Below are positions 47,747-56,741 of a stretch of DNA of 64,000 bases, in pieces (the first letter of the stretch is position 1; every line of letters starts with the position of its first letter). A program made the position numbers and the translations under genes. The notes below the pieces were generated by a model. It saw only the letters and a list, made by a program, of their open reading frames with translations, searched no databases and was not told the origin of the DNA. This stretch comes from Schizosaccharomyces osmophilus. Lineage: Eukaryota. The stretch is taken from assembly GCF_027921745.1 (NCBI RefSeq), contig NC_079238.1, positions 3,472,001 to 3,536,000 on the forward strand, given 5' to 3'.

Positions 47747-48539
47747 ATATCAAGCAATCCTCCTGCATACCATGCCAATGTTTATGATGATGATCTCGAG
47801 AAGGGACTTCCTTTGTACACACAACAGGACACAAATAAATCACCCAATTCAGGTTCTTTAAAAGCCAAAGAGAAGAAAGATATAGCAATGGATCAACTTG
47901 GCGATTTTTATTCCTTTTTAGATGAAAGGAAACGTGAAGCTTCACAATTCCTAAATCGGGAATTTCCCGGCAATGTAGTCCTTAAAGAGAAGTTGCAACG
48001 ACTGTTATCTACAATTATTCCCTCTTTGGTGTGTGTCTATGCAATATCTTGCTACTTCCGAACATATACTTTTCTAGTCGATGGCGATGGCATTAAATAT
48101 TTGGACAAGTAGCCCTTGGATCCTCTAATGATTCATGTTGTGATATTCATAGTATTTGTAGCTGCTTTTTTTTGTGAGTTCAACCATATCCAATTTATCG
48201 ATACATTTGATTGTTTACTAACAAAAATTTTAGGCCTTCATTCATATATTCTCGGGACTAATAGGACTGCTTTATGTGGTCATCTTGATGGGTTGTGTCC
48301 TTCCATTCGTTTTCAGTGCTATTGGAAAAATCATTGGTATGGTCGTAGGTACCTTGATGTACTGTGTAGGTACCATAATGTGCGGTGTGGGCTATGTATT
48401 GTATTCCGCTCTTTTAGCCTGCCTTGGTTTAGATTTTTTTAGCTCAACAGATCACACGAGAGCGCCTACGCTTCCCAGCTACCAGCAAAGAGACAGTGCA
48501 CTGGCTCCTCCACCGACGGATATTAATCCTACTACGTAA
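47747..48539 (+). pseudogene. Island gene B: paralogue of gene A (DUF999-like), disabled
   Basis: Presumed start reads ATA (47747) before SSNPPAY..DDLEKGLPLY; in-frame TAG 48110-48112; intron 48174-48233 (GTGAGT..CTAAC..TAG) out of phase with the hydrophobic exon 2 next to a T-run; aligns by eye with gene A. Confidence 0.6.
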
Positions 48540-49011
48540 ACTCATTTCCCTTCATTTGTCTTTCTTTTCCCTAGTTTGTTTGGACTCTTCCGCTAACGCT
48601 GATCGCAATCGCTCATGAATTGCTTTGATGAACCATTATTTATATTCCTTTTGTTTTTGGCTATTTCAGACTCAGTTGAAAATGGACTGAAACTAAGAAG
48701 GAATTTTGTATTAATATGAAATGATGACCGCAATTATAAGACATGCATTTTGATTTCTCTCCTCCCAAAGGCAATGAGTTGGTATGAGCGCGGGAATTGA
48801 GAATGCAGCCTTACTGCAAGTACTCTTCTATATTATGCCTAAATATTATTGTTGCATTTCTGTTGCGGATGACTGTGGTTGCCTTTTTTTTGCTTCGTGT
48901 TACTTGCTAATGAGCGTCTCACAAAGAGAACGAGAGAAGTATTCACAGGCATGAATTTACTTAACAAGTCAAAAAAGAAATTAAAAAAACGAACAGCAAA
49001 AAAAGAGTGGG

Positions 49012-49130
49012 AGCCTACAGCATCCCGGATTCCCATGTTGTCTCCAACCATAGTACTAACGAGACCCTCAGACGCTTAACTGCAGTGATCGGACGGGAAC
49101 TGGTGTTTTCGCCTAGGTATGGCCGTAGAC
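49012..49130 (-). rRNA. 5S rRNA gene, copy 1
   Basis: 119-nt reverse complement GTCTACGGCCATACCTAGGCGAAAACACCAGTTCCCGTCCGATC...GCTGTAGGCT, fission-yeast type 5S. Confidence 0.97.
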
Positions 49131-50227
49131 ACTTGCAGTAAGTACGTCCAGCATATAAAAGGAAGGTTCGCTCCTTCATCATTGTTAGCCGACTTTTTGA
49201 TCGGTGGTTCTTTAATGGTCTTACCGCCAAGTTTGTTCATTTGCACTGCTCACAAATCTTTTGGGAAACATATCTGCTGATGTGTTTAATCCTGCTGTAC
49301 ACTATTTGAGAAAGGAACGTCCCAACTTCGGTCCTTGAAATGGCAAGTATGTGAGTTGAGCAGATGCCGTTGGTTTTTTTCGGTATGTGAAAACATCTGA
49401 TTGAAATTTAACAAGAAAAACTCTCTTAGGAGACAAAAAAAGCCCAGATGCAGCATGTACAGAGAATGCATACTGAGAGGAACATCTTTGCTACTTGTGA
49501 AGGAACATGCTACCTGAAGGGAAAAGGTTACAAGGAATTAATATAAGGAAAGCCTTGACCAGCAGAAATGAACGCCGAAAGATGCATGAAAGTGAAGCAG
49601 AGGTTCACTAGAACTAAATTTAGTTGCTGATGTTGCATCGCCAGTTCATGTTTCGATGATGCGTGTTGAAGGGCCGTTTCCCATCGCTGAGACACGCGAT
49701 TGAAAAATTTTCGTAGTTCATATGCGACTCTCATACTGTTTCGAAGGAAAAGCCTTGCCTTTACAACTCGATTGATCTTCCTGAATGAATTAATGCTTCA
49801 TATACCAATTTTGTTTACCGCATTCCTGGACTTAGTAACATCTTTGCAGATCATAGATTAGGATTAGAATCAATTGCAAGTATATACATCTCTGCAACCT
49901 TCATCAAATGTTCTGGTCAATGTATGGACAACGCTATGAACACTGATGAAGTATTCGCTATGAAAATAGAAGCAACGAAATTCATTTAATAGTAATAAAT
50001 TAAGATGAAACGAATGACAAGATTCATGAAAGAGTGAAAGAAAAACAAATAAATAAAACCATGCTAGATGCAACGTTTCCTTGCTTGCTGCGCGCGATTC
50101 TTTTTGATACGAATATAGGAACTTGGCGGACTGTAATTAGCATCGATGCTTCCAATGATGGCGCGAAAATCGAAGAAGAAGTGAAAACGGTTTCGACAAG
50201 ACTACAGAAATAAATAAACATGAAATC

Positions 50228-51330
50228 TCAAAATTCAGTTCTTTGGTCATCAAGAGGTTGAAGTTCGATTTCTTCGTTCGAATGTCTCTCATCTTGAGCA
50301 TTAAATTTTTCTAAATAGGTTAATAATATATTATGAGAGGAAAAGCATCCAAAGAATACATACCAAAAGTACAAGACAAAGCATTTGCTAGACCGCTTAT
50401 GCCCTTTGCTAAACCGCTTATGCCGTTTACTAAATTTGAATTCATGCATTCGCGTGCCTTTTGATTTGCTAGAACAGTTAGGATATTTTAAAGTCATACA
50501 CAACATACTCGTCAAAACAAGAAATAAGAATGTGTTTATTGTGATAAAAATCAACCAGTAAACAGCGGGGTTCAAATTTTCAAACATTCCGTACTTCTTC
50601 AGTCCAAAAGATGAGGCTAAACAGAAGGCATCGAAAACAACTGTATGGAATGCTGCGACAAGCATATTGCCTATCAATAATTCACACTTTATTGAATTTA
50701 TTGAATTTATTGCAATTGAATCTAATAGTTAGTCAGTCGTCCAAAATATGGACATTGCTGTCTTACCTGCTAGAAGCAGCATCACAGATGTAATCGAACC
50801 GCCAAAAAGCCCCCAATGGACTTGCGCTTTCACAGGAAACTTGTAGACGAAGAATAGTACATAAAAACAAACCAAGGACAAATAGAAGCCGAAAATCAGA
50901 ATATACGATAGGATTACAAAATTCTCCAAAGCCCTCTTATATTTATTTGCGGATTCTTCAGCGGAACTCTGAGCGGGTCCATCAGCCATCTCCAAATCAA
51001 TGAATTTGTATGAATCTAAAGGATGTATTAGAAGTAATTCTTTTCGTTGTATACAAAAGGATAAAGGTGTTGGCCATGTTTGTTATAGCAATCGACAAGG
51101 TTATCAGCCCCAAAACAAACAAACAAACAAGATTCGTCCCGTAAACATGCGGCAGATTTTAAAACCTTTTCCCATGCACTTAATCAACTTCTATTTTCTT
51201 CCCTATTTGAACACTTCTTACCTGAATATGGAGGCGGTGTGCCATCTGAAGATTGAATGCCTGACTTTTCATCATTGAGCGTTTTATAGGAGGCTTCCGA
51301 ACTCGAAACGGGAGCGTAATTATTCTTCAT
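50228..51330 (-). CDS. wtf: wtf-family poison-antidote gene, 5 exons 51330-51222, 51015-50767, 50721-50509, 50468-50364, 50310-50228; antidote 252 aa, predicted poison 207 aa from ATG 50989
   Basis: Exon 1 MKNNYAPVSS...PPPYS; 206-nt intron 1; exon 2 IDLE-M in-frame ATG; four phase-1 introns with GTAAGA/GTAAGA/GTATGT/GTATGT donors and TAG acceptors sum to 759 nt without stops; TM helices; 21-bp repeat in exon 4; acidic EIEL tail; flanked by 5S. Confidence 0.85.
50384..50425 (-). repeat. 21-bp tandem repeat in wtf exon 4 (GISGLAK/GISGLAN)
   Basis: + strand tttgctagaccgcttatgccc / tttgctaaaccgcttatgccg, with a partial third unit after it. Confidence 0.9.
51113..51147. promoter_or_regulatory. 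Candidate poison promoter elements in wtf intron 1: (AAAC)4 and FLEX core GTAAACA
   Basis: AAACAAACAAACAAAC at 51113-51128 and GTAAACA at 51141-51147, 125-160 bp upstream of the exon-2 ATG. Confidence 0.55.
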
Positions 51331-52230
51331 CTTTACAATGGCAATGCAAAAAAAAAGCACCTAGATTCGCAGTCTAGACAAAAACAACTAGAATCACCAA
51401 GAAAAGTCCGTAGGAACTGGTTGCACTTTTCAAGAATCTGTCGAAAAAGGGAATTGAGCCTCGCTTCAAAAAAGAAAAAGAATATTCCAAAAGGGCCTGC
51501 CCGTCAAAACCAAAGATGCGAGTTTGAAAAAATCTTGGTAGTGGCCTTTCGCATGTCTCAATCATAAAAGCAGCGACATTGTGTCACTGACTGGTCACAG
51601 TCCTCATTGCGATTTCTCGTAATAGTATAATCCAAAAGAGTCGTCGTTTATTACAAAAAGTAAACAAAGGAAGTTTGAGCAAAGAAATCATGCTGGTTGC
51701 TTTGAATGATATTAAAAAGGGTTTGGAAATGCATATCTTTGTATTGGAAGGTTCAGTATTTTTTATTTAACAAGTTCTACAGTTTTCGTTTCGTTAATGA
51801 GATCTTGAACATGAGAATAGTTGGTCCACTGGTATAAAAGCAGAATCCCAATTGAATGAAAAGACGAAATAAGTTTTTGTGATAATACTTTACTTTGTGC
51901 ATTCATTTATTTTAATTTAATTTAGTTTGATTACACGATAGAAACAAACAAAAGCGATTTCGGACTGTTCATTCATTGTAAATATATATAGAGTAGCGTA
52001 CGCTTACTAGCTATCGGTATGTGTGTCAGAGAGGGTGGATGACAGCTTCACCTCTGCAAAATTCTAGTCATTGCCATTGTGGACTCGATTCATGTAGTTG
52101 GGAGTTGTTATAAACTAGATTTATATTAAGCTTGTTAGTCGGATCAGATGTGTGCTACTGTTTTGAAAGTTCTGACATGAATTTGGGTGTTTACTGCCTA
52201 TTTGAGTAGGTTTTGAAGGGATTTCAGAAA

Positions 52231-53137
52231 ATGATTGAAAAAAACAAATACAAAAAGCTAAAAGATGCTGATTCAGCTGACGTTCCTCGCTTGGGCACTC
52301 TTGCAACGTTTGACGGTGAACTGCCACGGTACAATGAAATCTTGAATTCTCATCTAGACGACTTGGAAAAAGGTCATGCACCTCCGTACTCAGAAAACAG
52401 ACATCAAGAAGCGTCTACCAACATGACAGGAGGAAGCGGATTCTTTATTCTTTTGCGAAATGTCTTGACGGCATTATTGTGGTTAATTTTCTGGCCGGCA
52501 AAAATTGTGAGAATCCCCGAAGCACAACGCAGACAGGAAAATGAAACTGCTCGGCTTAGTTTTTGCTTTATTCTTTCGGTCATAGTAAACTTTTGGTTTT
52601 CTTACAAATACCTTGTCCCCTTTATAAAGGAATCGATAAAAGAATCTGTAGGGGTAAAATTTCAAGCTACTGTGGCAGCTGTTCTTGTCGTCATGACTTT
52701 CTATATGTTCTTATTTGTTTTTTCACGTAAGTGGAATGGTGGGATTTTAATTTGTTATGTTTACTAATGGGGTACTTTTAGTGTTGGTGGATTCAATCGT
52801 TATATTGATTCCTCTAGTTTTTTCTGGGATTTCCTCGCTTTTTTCAGGAATTTTTTCTGGGATTTCCTCGTTTTTCTCTGGGATTTTTTCAGGAATTTTT
52901 TCTGTGATTACTAGTGCTCTAGGCTTCAGGATGTCATCGGATAGAAACGACTTGACGGATGATAATAGTATCCCATTAAACAGCTTGCCACCAGAGCCTG
53001 AAAACCAGTTCAACGATCGTAGTGATGATACTTTTAAACAACCGTCCTCTGAACATACCTCTGAACATACTGAGCAATCTCCAGGGTTACGCCAGGAACC
53101 GGGTCAGTCTAGGGATGTTGAAAGCGGTGGGAATTGA
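52231..53137 (+). CDS. wtf-associated (wag-like) membrane protein, 283 aa; exons 52231-52726, 52782-53137
   Basis: GTAAGT..CTAAT..TAG intron joins two ORF-track fragments in frame; divergent from wtf inside the 5S-5S unit; LPRY, DLEKG, PPYSEN, TM helices, FSGI repeats. Confidence 0.7.
52820..52909 (+). repeat. 21-bp/12-bp coding repeat (FSGISSL / FSGI units) in wag-like exon 2
   Basis: ttttctgggatttcctcg(c/t)tt and ttttcaggaatt units encode FSGISSLFSGIFSGISSFFSGIFSGIFSVI. Confidence 0.85.
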
Positions 53138-53476
53138 TTTATTCGGAAAGTAAAGCATCATTTTCTTATAATGTCCTGTCTTTTCGATTTTTTCTCCAGC
53201 ATGCTTTTGCTTATGTTTATGTTTATGTTTCATCTTTGCATTTTGTATTTTATATTTATTCGTCAAGCACTTTTTTAATAATGATCCTTATAGAATCTTT
53301 TATTTTCTAACTAATAAGGAATATAATTAATTATTGAATCATGGATGAGCGTTGCTTTTTCTATAATCATTAGTATCACTAAGTCAAACGTCTATGTCGA
53401 TCACGATTAAAGCCATGTGCTTCAATTTTTAAAAGAGCAACAGAAAAACAAGTCAAAAAGGAAACCAAAAGTGAAA

Positions 53477-53595
53477 AGCCTACAGCATCCCGGATTCCCA
53501 TGTTGTCTCCAACCATAGTACTAACGAGACCCTCAGACGCTTAACTGCAGTGATCGGACGGGAACTGGTGTTTTCGCCTAGGTGTGGCCGTAGAC
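53477..53595 (-). rRNA. 5S rRNA gene, copy 2 (direct repeat of copy 1, one substitution)
   Basis: Identical to 49012-49130 except G at 53584 vs A at 49119. Confidence 0.97.
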
Positions 53596-53748
53596 ACTAC
53601 CCATGTGTAGAATTCAAATCTGTACTACAGGGCATCAATTTGCTTTTTTGCTGGTTTTCCACAAACCAGATGTAAAACCACTTTCGGCGGTTTTAAATAT
53701 AAAGGAAAACCGTTTAAAACACATTATGTTTGTCTTTAAACAACAGAA

Positions 53749-53830
53749 GACACTATGCCTGAGTGGTTAAAGGGATAGATTAGAAATCTATTGCGGTCTC
53801 CGCGCGCAGGTTCAAATCCTGCTGGTGTCG
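53749..53830 (+). tRNA. tRNA-Ser (AGA)
   Basis: GACACTA..ATAGATT-AGA-AATCTAT, long variable arm, GGTTCAAATCC, TGGTGTCG, followed by T-run. Confidence 0.95.
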
Positions 53831-55012
53831 ATTTTTTTCTTTTTCCCCAAGTCTTTGCTCTCTAGGACAAGCAAAATTTTCTAACAAGAGAATGTAATGA
53901 CAAAGAACAACAGTTCTTTTGCTTTGTTTTGCTGTACATTCTTTGTACGCGCCGTTGCCCGGCCCATCTCACAGCATCGACCTTTTTTTTCCATAAGGTT
54001 CATGTGCTCTCAGACGGGACAATCTCGGTTGCTTATTCGATCTTACGGTAACAGCGGTGTGCGGAACATCTGTCAAACGTGTCACATTGTTCCTTGGCGG
54101 AGTATTATGGGCCAATAATTGAACGGAAGGTGTCTCGTCTTGCACCCATGGAACAGTCATTCGTCAGGTGCTAAACTTTCATAAACCAATCCCCGACAAG
54201 CAAAAAACCCTAACCACATCGAAGGATTATACAACCGCGGCCTTCCCATGCCTTTCATTGTTTACCTTAGCCAAACTCATTTCACTCTTTTGTTTCTTGG
54301 GAAAATTGCAGTAAAATACCACATTTTTTGGTGATTTTCACGCGTATTATTCTCTTTTTCACTCTTTTGATTTCTTGTCTTTCTTTTATTTTTATTTTTA
54401 TTTTATTTTTTCCTTCTTTTTTTGGAATTTGATTCCCTTCCTTTCGTTTTCTTCCTCGCTGTTTTGTAGGTTGTAATACATCGTCTTTCGTTTTTATCTT
54501 AACTTTCTTTGTATACCCTCGTTATCTTTTGGTAAGCTATCATTCTTTGTTGAGGCTTATATTGAAATTTATTTCTTCATACGTGGCTGGACTGACTTTC
54601 ATTCCTTTTAAATCCCCGTATCCCCAAAACTTTTAAGGAATTAAAATTTCTTCTTTTCTATACCAATAAAAAAAAACTATCGTGTCTCTGCTTTCTTGAG
54701 CATATACGATACCTTTGACCGATTCGTCAATCGTTTACACCGTGTTTCGTTAAACGATTCTCTGGTCTATTTCTGAATCAATTCTTTTTGTTTTTGAATT
54801 CCTGTATTTTTTACGCGCGTTTACTGCGTTTTCTTTGATTACTATTTCTTTGTTCTCAAGACTCTATAAGGTCGCTTACGTTTTTGCGTTCACGATTCGT
54901 TTTCGTTCATTCTTTTACAGTTGTCCTCGACAATTCTTTGAATTTTTTTAAAGTCACTCTTTTTTTTCTATTTCTATTTACCTTTTTGTTTACTATTTTG
55001 CTTTAATTCGTG

Positions 55013-56458
55013 ATGTTTGCCAAATCTTTGTTGTCTTCCTTTTGCTTCCTTGCCGTTGCCGTCTTGCAAGTTTCGGCTGATGGCTGCTCTCAAGACAATG
55101 GCTATTACTACTGCAACCAAGCTTCTGAAGTTGAATTCAAGGGCGTTGGTTTCTCATCTTCTTACAACAAAGTTACCAGTATGAACCCTGAAAGCTGTGA
55201 ATGTACTAGTACCCCTCAATCTTTCGGTGGTGCTTTGGCTCCTTTCGACGAAGAGCTTTCTTTCCATTTCCGTGGTCCCGTTCAGTTAAAGCGCTTCGCC
55301 GTTTATTATCCCGACTCAGACAATGCTTTGTCTTCCCTCAAGAAACGCAGCAACCACAACCATAAAAAGGCTGTCGCTAACGAAGGCGGTGCTCTCAAGA
55401 AGCGTGATGATCCCGCTGAAATAACCAGTACCGTTTATGAAACCATCCTTCGTACTGCCTATATTAATGCGGACGGCTCGCCCGCCACTTCAGCCCCTGA
55501 AGCTTTCCCTGCTTCTACAGTCACTGGTAACGGTCCTGCCCCCACCAGTTCTTCAAGCAGCTCCTCCTCATTGGGAAGTAATGGTCTCAGCATTTCTGCC
55601 CCTAACGAAATCGGTAAGGGATTGGCTGCTTCCAGCTTCGTTACCTCTTCCACTTCTGCTCCTCCTACATCTGCCTCTTCTGCATCTTCTGCTCCTACTT
55701 CCTCCCCATCTTCCTCTGGCTCCTCCGACTGGGTTCGTTCTTCTTACTATGACTCTGAATCTTCCACCTCGGATAACATTGTGTTCATGAATAATATGGG
55801 TGGTACCGCAGGCAGTGGTGTCTGGTCCTATTGCTTTGGTAACTCTATCTCCTATGCTGCTGCCAATGGCGTTGACGGTGCCTCTTCTCCTCAAGTCCTT
55901 GCGGATACCATGCTCAAGTCTGACAAGGAAGTTTCCATCTGGAGCGCAAACAAGTGCGATGGCGATGACTGTGGCTATTATCTTTCTGGAATTCCCGCTT
56001 ATCATGGATTCTCTGGTACTAAGGTTGTTCTGATGGAATTCAACATGCCTCACGATGATTCCACTAATTTCATTAACGACATGCCTGCTATCTGGGCTTT
56101 GAATGCTCAAGTTCCCCGTACCTTGCAATATGGTAAGAGAGAGTGCTCTTGCTGGGACTCTGGTTGCGGTGAATTTGATATCTTTGAAGTCTTAAATGCC
56201 GGTAATGAGAAGATGGTTTCCACTATTCACAGCAAGCAAGGCAGCCAAAACGGTGCTGGTGGTGGTGGTGGCTCTAGCGACTACTTTACCCGTCCCACCG
56301 GTTCTACCATGATTGGTGCTGTTGTCTTTGATACTTCTTCTTCAGCAGTTTATGTTATTGATGTCACCAAGAACGGTGTTAACTTTGATCAAACCTACTC
56401 TGCTTCTGATGTTGCTGGCTGGTTGAAATCTGGTTCTACCGTTGTTCAACTTTCATAA
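55013..56458 (+). CDS. Secreted/cell-wall Tos1-like circularly permuted beta-1,3-glucanase-like protein
   Basis: Signal peptide, APFDEELSFHFRGP, KR Kex2 sites, Ser/Thr linker, DMPAIWALNAQVPRTLQYG..CSCW..GCGEFDIFE. Confidence 0.85.
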   Translation: MFAKSLLSSFCFLAVAVLQVSADGCSQDNGYYYCNQASEVEFKGVGFSSSYNKVTSMNPESCECTSTPQSFGGALAPFDEELSFHFRGPVQLKRFAVYYPDSDNALSSLKKRSNHNHKKAVANEGGALKKRDDPAEITSTVYETILRTAYINADGSPATSAPEAFPASTVTGNGPAPTSSSSSSSSLGSNGLSISAPNEIGKGLAASSFVTSSTSAPPTSASSASSAPTSSPSSSGSSDWVRSSYYDSESSTSDNIVFMNNMGGTAGSGVWSYCFGNSISYAAANGVDGASSPQVLADTMLKSDKEVSIWSANKCDGDDCGYYLSGIPAYHGFSGTKVVLMEFNMPHDDSTNFINDMPAIWALNAQVPRTLQYGKRECSCWDSGCGEFDIFEVLNAGNEKMVSTIHSKQGSQNGAGGGGGSSDYFTRPTGSTMIGAVVFDTSSSAVYVIDVTKNGVNFDQTYSASDVAGWLKSGSTVVQLS

Positions 56459-56741
56459 ACATATTAATGATACCAAGCGAAAATGTTTGTACCTCTCTAT
56501 TTTTGATTTTCAGCTCATTCTTTTTTTTTCCACCCAGCTAGTTATACTTTAACTTATTTTATCTTTCGAGATACTTGATAATTTTATTTCGTGTTTATGC
56601 TATTTGATCGATTAATGATGATGAATACAATCATTACCCATAAACTTGGATTTATTAATCGATGATGATTAAATCTATAAGTCTTTTTTATGTACATATT
56701 GCAATAAATATCTGTTTTATGCTAGACAAATTCATAGCTTT

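Noticed and set aside
47495..48112. 205-aa ORF starting at 47495 as the real gene B
   Set aside because: First ~84 codons look like AT-rich promoter read-through; similarity to gene A begins near 47747 and continues past the stop, favouring a pseudogene
48839..49230. Short ORFs overlapping 5S copy 1
   Set aside because: Translations of the rRNA gene and its flanks
52747..53013. Antisense ORF with PEKI/PEKxEEI repeats
   Set aside because: Simply the reverse complement of the FSGI coding repeat
53047..53070. 12-bp duplication (SEHTSEHT) in wag-like tail
   Set aside because: Real but a minor slippage event in a disordered region; not a CRISPR-like or structural array
45780..53750. Tf-type LTR or transposon next to wtf
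   Set aside because: No TG..CA LTR pair, target-site duplication or gag/pol coding seen; the flanking repeats are 5S genes
54190..55012. Long pyrimidine-rich leader of the tos1-like gene with GTAAGC/TACAG and a TR-box-like 10-mer
   Set aside because: No convincing branch site; motifs expected by chance in T-rich UTR sequence
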